Below are positions 12,471-21,078 of a DNA stretch of 63,126 nt, one piece after another; position 1 is the first letter of the stretch, and each line of letters opens with the position of its first letter. This DNA is from an uncultured Muribaculaceae bacterium (GTDB taxonomy: Bacteria; Bacillota_I; Bacilli_A; RF39; UBA660). The notes below the pieces were generated by a model. The model was not told where the DNA came from. It did no database searches and saw only the letters and a list, made by a program, of their open reading frames with translations. The stretch is from NCBI GenBank assembly GCA_964616495.1, contig CAZTRF010000001.1, forward strand, positions 3,759 through 66,884. Direction: 5' to 3'. The position numbers and the translations under genes were made by a program.

Positions 12471-13289
12471 ATGAAAATAGATAAATATCTAAAATATTAT
12501 GATATTAAATATTTAGGGGAAGGATTTCGTAGTAAATCTTATATTATTGATAATAAATATATATTTTTAGAGGGTAATAATGATAAATCTTACAAAACTT
12601 ACAAGAAAGATTATAAAGTATTGAACTTTCTTAAAGATAAAATTAAAACAGTTTTAATACCTAATAATGTTATTTTAGTAAAAAAAGATAACGATAATCC
12701 TACTGGGGGTTTAATATATAAAATTATTAATGATCAGGTTTTTAATTATGATAAATTAAAAACCTATAATTTAGATAATATAGCTTTTGAAATTAGTGTA
12801 TTTTTAAATGAATTACATAGTATCAAAATAGCCTATAATTATGAAAAAATAATTACTAAAGACTTAAAAAATATAAAATCTAATATTAACAAAATAAAGA
12901 AATTTATATCTAAAAAATACTTTGAAAATTTAGATAGCTTTTATAAAGAGTATGAAAATTTTACTAAACATAATAAAAAATTATATTTAGTTCATGGTGA
13001 TTTATGGTATGAAAATTATATTATCTCTAAAGACGGAAATCATCTAAAAGGAATTATTGATTTTGAAAATTGTAAATATTTTTATAAAGAAGATGATTTA
13101 GTTCCTATGACCTATTTAGGAAATAAATTTTTAGACAAAGTTATACTTAATTATAAATACAAAGTTTTAAAAGAAAATATCAAAATTTTTAAAATAAGAA
13201 GAGAAGTAATTAGTTTTAATTACTTATTAAAATATTTTCCAGAAGAAAAAGAAGATCAACTAAAGAAAATAATTGATTCACTAAAATAG
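12471..13289 (+). CDS. APH-fold (aminoglycoside/small-molecule) phosphotransferase family kinase
   Basis: Catalytic loop HGDLWYENYII (HxDxxxxN) and IIDFENC (DFE/DFG-like Mg site). At about 270 aa it has the size of APH/choline-kinase-like enzymes. Confidence 0.6.
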   Translation: MKIDKYLKYYDIKYLGEGFRSKSYIIDNKYIFLEGNNDKSYKTYKKDYKVLNFLKDKIKTVLIPNNVILVKKDNDNPTGGLIYKIINDQVFNYDKLKTYNLDNIAFEISVFLNELHSIKIAYNYEKIITKDLKNIKSNINKIKKFISKKYFENLDSFYKEYENFTKHNKKLYLVHGDLWYENYIISKDGNHLKGIIDFENCKYFYKEDDLVPMTYLGNKFLDKVILNYKYKVLKENIKIFKIRREVISFNYLLKYFPEEKEDQLKKIIDSLK

Positions 13290-13303
13290 TTTTAGTGAAT
13301 CAA
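13273..13303 (+). terminator. Perfect 14-bp hairpin at the operon end (terminator-like, no clear U tract)
   Basis: TTGATTCACTAAAA (13273-13286), loop TAG (the stop codon), TTTTAGTGAATCAA (13290-13303). Confidence 0.45.
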
Positions 13304-13341
13304 TTATAGATAGGTGTATAGAAACAGATAATAAAAACTAA

Positions 13342-13370
13342 TTGACAAATCCTTAATAATAAAGTAATAT
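13342..13370 (+). promoter_or_regulatory. Promoter upstream of the leader ORF / short RSH gene
   Basis: TTGACA (13342-13347), 17-nt spacer, TAATAT (13365-13370). Confidence 0.55.
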
Positions 13371-13400
13371 CAATTCAATACTTTTATTTAAGGAGATATT

Positions 13401-13484
13401 ATGAATAGATTAATGTGTACATTTAAAACCTATAAAATGATATGCAAAGATATTTGCTTAAATATTTATGATGAAATTAAATAG
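13401..13484 (+). CDS. 27-codon leader-like ORF (MNRLMCTFKTYKMICKDICLNIYDEIK)
   Basis: AAGGAG RBS 6-7 nt upstream of the ATG. The stop codon ends 1 nt before the base of the intrinsic terminator hairpin. It is not in the ORF track because it is under 60 aa. Confidence 0.35.
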   Translation: MNRLMCTFKTYKMICKDICLNIYDEIK

Positions 13485-13516
13485 ACTCAAACCAATTAAT
13501 TGGTTTGGGTCTTTTT
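13485..13516 (+). terminator. Intrinsic terminator/attenuator immediately upstream of the short RSH gene
   Basis: The 11-bp stem ACTCAAACCAA/TTGGTTTGGGT (one G-U pair) has loop TTAA and is followed by CTTTTTG. Only 16 nt separate it from ATG 13533. Confidence 0.65.
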
Positions 13517-13532
13517 GTTAGGAGTGATAGTA

Positions 13533-14957
13533 ATGAAAAAAGAGTTAATTAAATTAATAAGGCTTTATAATAATAATGAAGAAGAAATTAAAAAGATAGA
13601 AATGGCTTATGACTATGCAGAGCATGCTCATGAAGGAATGTATCGAGATAGTGGAGAGCCTTATATTACTCACCCTGTAGCAGTTGCAGTAATGCTTATT
13701 GAAAGACATGCCGATGCGGATACTATCTGTGCTGCTTTACTTCATGATACACTAGAAGATACCAAAGCTACTAAAGAAGAAATAGCTGATTTATTTGGTA
13801 GTGAAGTAGCTAAATTGGTTGATGGAGTTACTAAAATAACTAATTTTAATAATAAAACTAGTGATAATAGAGCAACTAAAAGAAAATTAATTACTAGTAT
13901 CAATGCTGATGTTAGAATTATCATCATTAAATTATTAGATCGTCTTCATAATATGAAAACCTTATCTTATAAATCTTTAGAAAGTCAAAAAAGAAATGCT
14001 ATGGAGACCTTAGAAATATATACTCATATAGCTAATTATTTAGGTGAATATGAGATTAAAGAACAATTAGAAGATCTTTGTTTAAGTTTTTTAAAAAGAG
14101 ATGAATATTTAAAAATAAAAGAAGAATTAGAAAGAATTAAATTAGATAGTACTGGTTCTTTAAAAGAAATGTATGATACCATTACCTATATATTAACTAG
14201 TAATGATATTCCTTGTGAAATAAAATATCGAGTTAAAAATATTTATGATATTTATCAAAAAGTAAGTAAAGGTGGTAAAATAATTGATATCCATAACTTA
14301 TTAGCTCTTAGAATAATTTTAAATAGAAGTTTAGAATGTTATATGGCTATGGGTTTAATTCATCAACAATATCATCCTTTAACAGGCCTTTTTAAAGACT
14401 ATATATGTAGTCCTAAAAAGAATGGATATAAAAGTATCCATACTACCGTTTTTGGCCCAAATGAAACTTTAGTTCAAGCTAGAATTAGAACTAAAGAAAT
14501 GGATTTAATTAATAACTATGGACTATCTTCATTTTGGTTTACTAAAGGGAATGAGGCCAGTAGTGAAATGCAAAGTACATTAATGAGAGAATTTCAGTTT
14601 ATTAAATCGCTAAGTGAAATAGATCATGAATGTTTAGATGATATAGAATTTGAACGTCAAATAAAAAAAGACCTTTTTTCAGGTAATATTTATGTGTGTA
14701 CACCTAATGGAGAAGTAATAGAATTACCAATAGAATCTAATTCAATAGATTTTGCCTATCATATTCATACTGATTTAGGAAATAAAATAATAAGAGCAAT
14801 TGTAAATGGAGAAGAAATATCAATATTTACTCCTTTAAAAGATAATGATATAGTAAAGATAATAACTGATGAAAATTCTTTAGGGCCCCACATTGGATGG
14901 ATTAATAAAGTTCATACAATTACCGCTAAAAGAAAAATAAAAGAGTTTGGAAAGTAA
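13533..14957 (+). CDS. Truncated long-RSH paralog (HD hydrolase + degenerate synthetase + TGS; no C-terminal ZFD/ACT)
   Basis: The hydrolase motifs are intact: HEGMYRDSGEPYITHP, LLHDTLEDT and DRLHNMKT. The synthetase block is recognisable (YRVKNIYDIYQKV, NGYKSIHTTV) but reads DIHNLLALR and VQARIRT where catalytic D and E are expected. The TGS domain is IYVCTPNGEVIELP...DFAYHIH. ATG 13533 follows a GGAG RBS; the TTG 13500 start in the track lies inside the terminator. Confidence 0.85.
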   Translation: MKKELIKLIRLYNNNEEEIKKIEMAYDYAEHAHEGMYRDSGEPYITHPVAVAVMLIERHADADTICAALLHDTLEDTKATKEEIADLFGSEVAKLVDGVTKITNFNNKTSDNRATKRKLITSINADVRIIIIKLLDRLHNMKTLSYKSLESQKRNAMETLEIYTHIANYLGEYEIKEQLEDLCLSFLKRDEYLKIKEELERIKLDSTGSLKEMYDTITYILTSNDIPCEIKYRVKNIYDIYQKVSKGGKIIDIHNLLALRIILNRSLECYMAMGLIHQQYHPLTGLFKDYICSPKKNGYKSIHTTVFGPNETLVQARIRTKEMDLINNYGLSSFWFTKGNEASSEMQSTLMREFQFIKSLSEIDHECLDDIEFERQIKKDLFSGNIYVCTPNGEVIELPIESNSIDFAYHIHTDLGNKIIRAIVNGEEISIFTPLKDNDIVKIITDENSLGPHIGWINKVHTITAKRKIKEFGK

Positions 14958-15012
14958 TTAAAATATATATTGATAAATTAAAGAAAATAATATTTATAGG
15001 AGATGGAAAATT

Positions 15013-15798
15013 ATGAGCAAAAAAATAGTAGCTATAAGCGGTGGAGAAAATGGAAGATTATTAAAAAATGGTAAATTTTCACCATATGAAACTGAACTAA
15101 TGGATAAAGAAATTATAAAATTAACTGCTAAAGGAAAACCGAATTTCTTGTTTTTAGGTCATTCTCAAAGTTCTTCTTTAGAAATACAAGAAGGATACTT
15201 TCAAACAATGAAAAATATATATCAAGATAAGTTTGGATGCGTTTGTAAGGATTTAAAAAGTAATGAATTGGATGATATAAAGGTTGTAAAAGAAAAAATA
15301 GACTGGGCAGATATTATATATGAAGGTGGTGGTGATACACCGTCAATGATAAAATTATGGCAACAAAAAGGTTTTGATAAAATATTGAAAGATGCTTGGA
15401 ATAAAGGAAAAGTAATATGTGGTATTTCTGCTGGAGCTATATGTTGGTTTAAAGCCTGTAACTCAGACTTTATAGATAATAATGAATTATCTTTTGAAGA
15501 TGTCAGTTGCTTAAATTGGTTTAATGCTCATTTTACACCTCATTGTGATGAAAAAGGTAGATATGAATCAGCAAAAGAACAATTAAAAGAAAACAATTTA
15601 GTTGGTTTATTATTATCAAATTGTTCAGCCTTAGAAATAATAGACAATAAATACAGAATCATCACTAGCGATTCAAAATGGCATGAAATAAAAAAAGCTT
15701 ATGGAATTAAGGCCTATTGGGAAAATGACAAATTTATTGAAGAAAAAATAAAAATTTCAAATAATTTTGAAGATTTAGAAAAATTAATAAATAAATAA
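15013..15798 (+). CDS. Peptidase S51 (dipeptidase E-like) family protein
   Basis: YEGGGDT and the nucleophile-elbow motif GISAGAICW, with a later His (HFTPHCDE). Size is about 260 aa. Confidence 0.65.
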   Translation: MSKKIVAISGGENGRLLKNGKFSPYETELMDKEIIKLTAKGKPNFLFLGHSQSSSLEIQEGYFQTMKNIYQDKFGCVCKDLKSNELDDIKVVKEKIDWADIIYEGGGDTPSMIKLWQQKGFDKILKDAWNKGKVICGISAGAICWFKACNSDFIDNNELSFEDVSCLNWFNAHFTPHCDEKGRYESAKEQLKENNLVGLLLSNCSALEIIDNKYRIITSDSKWHEIKKAYGIKAYWENDKFIEEKIKISNNFEDLEKLINK

Positions 15799-15823
15799 CC
15801 ATTAATAAGATTATATACATTTT

Positions 15824-15869
15824 AAAAAGTAAGTAGCTTAATACTTTTTCTTAAGTCTACTTACTTTTT
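15824..15869. terminator. Bidirectional hairpin terminator between convergent genes
   Basis: AAAAAGTAAGTAGCTTAA (15824-15841), loop, then TTAAGtCTACTTACTTTTT (15851-15869). A-run and T-run flanks allow function on both strands. It overlaps the last codons of the minus-strand HTH gene. Confidence 0.6.
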
Positions 15870-16149
15870 CTATTTTAACAGTATATCCGATAGGCCCTAA
15901 TATCTGTATTAAGGCCTTAATACTAGGAGAATGCATTTTATTTTCAATACGAGCTATCTTTTCTCGATTTACTCCTGAATATTCTCCATATAAGGCCTGG
16001 GTTAAGTTATTTTCTTTTCTTACACTAATAAATTCTTTTAAAAACATATCTTCTAATTCATCTAATGTATAATCGTTTTCAATATAGTTAGTTAATTTAG
16101 CCAATTTTATCACCAAATTAATTGTATCACAAATGACACATAAAAACAA
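15838..16149 (-). CDS. XRE-family helix-turn-helix transcriptional regulator
   Basis: HTH_3-like segment NNLTQALYGEYSGVNREKIARIENKMHSPSIKALIQIL. It is divergent from the acyl-AMP ligase gene. An internal ATG at 16047 would give a more typical 68-aa protein. Confidence 0.65.
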   Translation of the reverse strand: MFLCVICDTINLVIKLAKLTNYIENDYTLDELEDMFLKEFISVRKENNLTQALYGEYSGVNREKIARIENKMHSPSIKALIQILGPIGYTVKIEKVSRLKKKY

Positions 16150-16158
16150 GTGGAAATA

Positions 16159-16197
16159 TTGTTATAACCTTTCTTAAAAGATATAATTTTCTTAAAG
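16159..16197 (+). promoter_or_regulatory. Candidate promoter with flanking direct repeats (possible operator of the XRE regulator)
   Basis: TTGTTA (16159-16164), 17-nt spacer, TATAAT (16182-16187). The -10 box is flanked by TTTCTTAAA at 16170 and 16188. Confidence 0.35.
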
Positions 16198-16210
16198 AAA
16201 GAGGGATTTT

Positions 16211-18262
16211 ATGAAAATAGGTATTCAAATAAATACCATTGAAACAAGTGCCAGTGCACCTTTAACCTTAGAACAAATAAATATTATTAAAAAATTAAAA
16301 GCTGATGGCCACAAAATAGCCATAGTTTTAAACATGAAACAATTTGAAGGAGAGCTAGAATTTCTAAATCAAACCAGTAAATATATTGAAGAAGTTATTA
16401 CAGATTTTTTAACAGAAAATGATGTGCCGTTTGATGAAATCGTTACTACAAATGATTCTCAAAGAGATATATGTGTTAATAATGGTATAAATTACTTAGT
16501 AAAAGATCAATTAGCTGAAGAAACATATGAGTCTATATCAAAGATGACAGGTTATGCTTCTATAGATAGGCCATGGCTACAGTATTATAGTGAAGAACAA
16601 AAACATTTTAGCGTTCCCGGAAAATTAATTTATTCTTATATGAAAGAATCAAATTTAGGAGAGTTAAATGGAATAGCATTAAATTATTTTGGTAAAAAAA
16701 TAACCTATAAAGAGTTATTGGTGCAAATAGATTTATGTGCTAAAGCCTTTTTGGCACAAGATGTAAAAGATGGAGACATAGTATCTGTTTGTATGCCCAC
16801 TACGCCAGAATCAATTATTATATTATATGCTTTAAATAAAATAGGGGCAGTATCTAGTTTTATTGATCCAAGAAAAACTTCCGATCAAATAGCACATTGT
16901 GTAGAAGATAGCAAATCTAAAATACTAATTACATTAGATACAGTGTATCCTAAATTACAAAAGACCGCTAATACTAAAATTATTGGAATATCTGCATTAG
17001 AATCATTCGGACAAATTCCTCAAGCTTTTTTAAATCCCAAAAATCATTATATTTCAAAGAGAAGAATCGCTAATGGGGAATATATGTCATGGAATGATTT
17101 TATTTTAAAAGGAAACCATGTAAAAAATGAATATACGGCAAAATATTATAAAGATAGGCTTGCTATTATTGAATATACCAGTGGTACTACTGCTGAACCA
17201 AAAGGGGTAGAGTTATCTAATGATACAATTAATGCTAGAGTGCAACAGTATAAAAATAATGGTATGATATATCATCGTAACGATGTATATACCGATATTA
17301 TACCAATATTTTTAGCATTTGGGGTGGTAGTAGGAATACATCTTCCTCTTTCAATGGGCATGCAAGATTTTTTGGTTCCCGCTTTTGATGAAAGAAAGAC
17401 AATTGCTTTAATGAAAAAAAGTAATCCTCAACATTTAACATTTACTCCTTCATCATTTGTTAGGATAGCACAAAATTCTAAAATATCTCAAATAGATTTT
17501 TCTAATAAAATTACTTTAGGTTGTGGTGGAGATGGAATGAGTTCAGCATTAAACATAATAATTAATGACACATTTGAAAAATATGGCTGTAAATATAAAT
17601 TGTGTAACGGATATGGTGGAACTGAAGTTGGGGCACCATTTTGTACAGAAAATCATAAGGCAAATAAATCAGGAAGTGTTGGAATTCCTTTACCAAAAAG
17701 TAAAGTTATTATTCTTAATCCATTTACACATGAGGAATTACAATATAATCAAATTGGTGAAATATGTATGGTAGATGATTATCCAATGATAGGGTACAGA
17801 AATCGACCTGATTTAACTGAGAAAGCAAAAATAAAACTTGCTAATGGAAAAACTGGTATAATTCTTGGAGATTATGGATACATGGATGAAAATGGATTTC
17901 TCTTTGTAAAAGGAAGAAAAGAATATGCGATTCATTTATTGTCAGGATGTGTAATTTGGCCTGTGGATATTGAGAATATATTAATTAATTCTAATTTATT
18001 ATATAATTGTGGAGTTGTTCAAAGTGGAAGTGCTATGGCAACAGCATTTATAGTAAAAAAAGATAATTGTAATTTAGATGATGAATCTTTGAAACAAAAA
18101 TTATATGAAAGCATTTTAAAGTCAGAAATTCCCAGCGAATGTTTTATAGATATTGTATTATTAAAATCTTTACCACTAACTGGTAGCGGTAAAATTGATA
18201 GGAGTAAATTAACTGAAATGGCTTTATCAGAAGCACATTTAATTTTGAAAAAAGCATTTTAA
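16211..18262 (+). CDS. AMP-dependent synthetase/ligase (acyl-CoA ligase-like) with an extra N-terminal domain of about 110 aa
   Basis: AMP-binding core motifs YTSGTTAEPKGVELSN and GYGGTEVG, plus C-terminal GSGKIDRSKL. The N-terminal 110 aa are not part of the standard ANL fold. Confidence 0.75.
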   Translation: MKIGIQINTIETSASAPLTLEQINIIKKLKADGHKIAIVLNMKQFEGELEFLNQTSKYIEEVITDFLTENDVPFDEIVTTNDSQRDICVNNGINYLVKDQLAEETYESISKMTGYASIDRPWLQYYSEEQKHFSVPGKLIYSYMKESNLGELNGIALNYFGKKITYKELLVQIDLCAKAFLAQDVKDGDIVSVCMPTTPESIIILYALNKIGAVSSFIDPRKTSDQIAHCVEDSKSKILITLDTVYPKLQKTANTKIIGISALESFGQIPQAFLNPKNHYISKRRIANGEYMSWNDFILKGNHVKNEYTAKYYKDRLAIIEYTSGTTAEPKGVELSNDTINARVQQYKNNGMIYHRNDVYTDIIPIFLAFGVVVGIHLPLSMGMQDFLVPAFDERKTIALMKKSNPQHLTFTPSSFVRIAQNSKISQIDFSNKITLGCGGDGMSSALNIIINDTFEKYGCKYKLCNGYGGTEVGAPFCTENHKANKSGSVGIPLPKSKVIILNPFTHEELQYNQIGEICMVDDYPMIGYRNRPDLTEKAKIKLANGKTGIILGDYGYMDENGFLFVKGRKEYAIHLLSGCVIWPVDIENILINSNLLYNCGVVQSGSAMATAFIVKKDNCNLDDESLKQKLYESILKSEIPSECFIDIVLLKSLPLTGSGKIDRSKLTEMALSEAHLILKKAF

Positions 18263-18323
18263 TTTTTTAATCTCTGGTATCAAATATATGATATAATAAG
18301 ATAAGATATAGGAGTTGGAATAC

Positions 18324-20150
18324 ATGAATAGTATTTTTTTTCAAATACTTAGTTTAATATATATGTTATTATTAATAATTTTGTTTTTCTCAAAAAAAAG
18401 AATACATACAATAGAAAACAAACTTTTTAAAATACTAATGATTTCTAATTTAACTGGATTATTGTTAGATATTATCACTTATTTTGTAGCATTAAACAAT
18501 ACTTTAGAATTAATTGCAATGGTGTTGTGCAGATTTATTCTTATTTATTATCTAACTTGGATCATTCTATTTACACTATACATTTATGTTATATCATTTG
18601 GAATTACTTACAATAACTTTGATAATAAAAAATATTCAATAATTAAAAAATTACTATTTATAGTATACTGTATATCATTTGTGCTATCTTGGGTATTGCC
18701 ACTATCTTTTATTGGAGAAAAAGGAGCAACATATTCTTATGGATTAGCAGTTAACTATTGCTATACTATAAGTGGAATTTGTATTATATCATGGATAATA
18801 TGGATGCTTATGAATATAAGACATGTATCCGCAAAAAAATATTATCCTCTTTTTGCTTTTATAGTTATAGGAATTATAGTAGTCATTATACAATATTACA
18901 ATCCTATGCTTTTGCTAATGTCTGCTATGCAATCTTTTGTTACCTTTTTAATGTACTTTACAATTGAAAATCCCGATATGAAACTTATTGAGCAATTGAA
19001 TATAGAACGTGATCGTGCTGATAAGGCTAATAATGCAAAAAGTGAATTTTTAAGTAATATGAGTCATGAAATTAGGACTCCTCTAAATGCTATAGTAGGA
19101 TTTAGTAATTCTTTAGCTGATGAAGATTTGACTCCTGATGCTAGAGATCAATTGAAAGATATTATTATGGCCAGTGATAACCTAATAGAATTGGTTAATG
19201 GAATATTGGATATTTCTAAGATTGAAGCTAATAAACTAGAAATAATAGACGTTGATTATAGTCTTAGAAAGATATTTGATGAATTGTGTTCTCTAACTAA
19301 GGCTAGAATGGGTGATAAGGGTTTAGAATTTAGAATTTATTATGATGAATCAATTCCACCTGTTTTGTATGGAGATCAAATAAGATTAAAGCAAATTATT
19401 TTAAATTTACTTACTAATGCCGTAAAATATACCAAAGAAGGATATATAGAGTTTAAGGTTAGTGGAGTAATAAAAGAAGACGTTTGTCGTTTAATAATTA
19501 GTATTGAAGATTCTGGTATTGGTATTAAAAAAGAAAGTATTGATAAATTATTTACTAAATTTGAACGATTAGGAGTAGAAAGAGAATCAACAATAGAAGG
19601 TACAGGATTGGGATTGGCCATTACTAAGAAATTAGTTGAATTAATGAGTGGTCGAATTCTTGTTCAAAGTGAGTATGGTAAAGGAAGCAAATTTACTGTA
19701 GCTATTGATCAAAAGATAGTTAAAGGTAAACAATTGGAAGACTTAAGTAAAACTCAAAAAATTGATATTGCTTCTATTCATGCTCAAGATAAAAAAGTTT
19801 TAATAGTTGATGATAATACTTTAAATTTAAAAGTAGCTGAAAGATTATTAAAAAAATACAATTTAGAAGTAATATGTGCTAATAGTGGAGATGAATGTTT
19901 AAATAAAATTAATAGTGGAGAACATTTCGATTTAATATTATTAGATGATATGATGCCTAAATTAAGCGGTATTGAAACTTTAAAATTGTTAAAGTCTAAA
20001 GAAGGGTTTAGTATTCCAGTAGTAGCCCTAACCGCTAATGCGATTAGTGGAATGAAAGAAAAATATCTAGCTGAAGGTTTTGACGATTATCTTGCTAAAC
20101 CAATTGAATTACCGGAATTAAACAGAGTAGTAAAAAAATACTTGGGTTAA
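18324..20150 (+). CDS. Hybrid sensor histidine kinase (multi-TM sensor + HisKA + HATPase + receiver)
   Basis: About 6-7 N-terminal TM helices. H-box SHEIRTPLNAI; N box LLTNAVKYT; G boxes DSGIGI and GTGLGLAI. The C-terminal receiver reads VLIVDD...DLILLDDMMPKLSG...LAKP. ATG 18324 lies 9 nt after a GGAG. Confidence 0.85.
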   Translation: MNSIFFQILSLIYMLLLIILFFSKKRIHTIENKLFKILMISNLTGLLLDIITYFVALNNTLELIAMVLCRFILIYYLTWIILFTLYIYVISFGITYNNFDNKKYSIIKKLLFIVYCISFVLSWVLPLSFIGEKGATYSYGLAVNYCYTISGICIISWIIWMLMNIRHVSAKKYYPLFAFIVIGIIVVIIQYYNPMLLLMSAMQSFVTFLMYFTIENPDMKLIEQLNIERDRADKANNAKSEFLSNMSHEIRTPLNAIVGFSNSLADEDLTPDARDQLKDIIMASDNLIELVNGILDISKIEANKLEIIDVDYSLRKIFDELCSLTKARMGDKGLEFRIYYDESIPPVLYGDQIRLKQIILNLLTNAVKYTKEGYIEFKVSGVIKEDVCRLIISIEDSGIGIKKESIDKLFTKFERLGVERESTIEGTGLGLAITKKLVELMSGRILVQSEYGKGSKFTVAIDQKIVKGKQLEDLSKTQKIDIASIHAQDKKVLIVDDNTLNLKVAERLLKKYNLEVICANSGDECLNKINSGEHFDLILLDDMMPKLSGIETLKLLKSKEGFSIPVVALTANAISGMKEKYLAEGFDDYLAKPIELPELNRVVKKYLG

Positions 20151-20191
20151 TTTATAAATATGATATAATAAAAAAGGAATAGGTGATAAAG

Positions 20192-20971
20192 ATGAAAGAT
20201 GCTAATTTTCTTGTTGCTAATGGGGTTGATGTTAAAAAGAGTTTAGAGTTATTTGGAGATATGGAAACATATAATGCTACTTTAGAAGATTTCTTGAGTG
20301 CTATTGAAGAAAAGCTAAAAAATATTAGGACGTATAAAGAGGCTTCTGATATGGCTAATTATGCAATACTAGTGCATTCGTTAAAGAGTGATTCAAAATA
20401 CTTTGGGTTTATGAAACTAGCTGATATATCCTATCAGCATGAATTAAAAAGTAAAGAAAATGATTCAGACTGGGTTTTTAATAACTTTGAACCATTAATG
20501 GCCGAAGCTAATCGAGTTCATCGTTTAGTAAAAATTTATTTAGGAAAAGAAAAAGCCGATGATATAATCCCTGAAAGGCCTTTTTACGTTAGAGATAAAG
20601 CTATTATTGTGGTTGATGACTCTAATATAGTTAGATCATTTGTTGAAAAAATATTTAATAATGAATATCAAGTATTACTTGCTAATGATGGTGATGAAGC
20701 TTTAAAAATAATTAATAATAATCCTCATAGTAAATTAGTAGCTATGTTACTTGATCTTAATATGCCTAATGTTAATGGGTTTGAAGTTTTAGATTATTTA
20801 AAAACTAATAATTTATTTAAAGAGGTTCCTGTTTCAATTATTACTGGAGAAGATAGTAAAGAAATAATTGAAAAGGCCTTTAAATATGAAATAGTTGATA
20901 TGTTAACTAAACCATTTAATGAAAGAGATATCAAAAGAATAGTTGAAAAAACTATTAATTATGGAAAATAG
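20192..20971 (+). CDS. Hpt-receiver fusion protein (phosphorelay component, no output domain)
   Basis: The N-terminal Hpt domain has HSLKSDSKYFG. The C-terminal receiver reads IIVVDDS...MLLDLNMPNVNG...LTKP. No DNA-binding or enzymatic output domain is present. Confidence 0.8.
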   Translation: MKDANFLVANGVDVKKSLELFGDMETYNATLEDFLSAIEEKLKNIRTYKEASDMANYAILVHSLKSDSKYFGFMKLADISYQHELKSKENDSDWVFNNFEPLMAEANRVHRLVKIYLGKEKADDIIPERPFYVRDKAIIVVDDSNIVRSFVEKIFNNEYQVLLANDGDEALKIINNNPHSKLVAMLLDLNMPNVNGFEVLDYLKTNNLFKEVPVSIITGEDSKEIIEKAFKYEIVDMLTKPFNERDIKRIVEKTINYGK

Positions 20972-20997
20972 ATACACTTTAGTGTATCTTTTATTTT
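20971..20997 (+). terminator. Rho-independent terminator
   Basis: GATACAC/GTGTATC stem with a 4-nt loop, followed by TTTTATTTT. Confidence 0.65.
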
Positions 20998-21078
20998 GCA
21001 AAAAGTGTCAAATAATCAATAGTTTTGGAAAAACATTTCCAAAACTGACAATTATATAAATTAATATATAATTAATTT

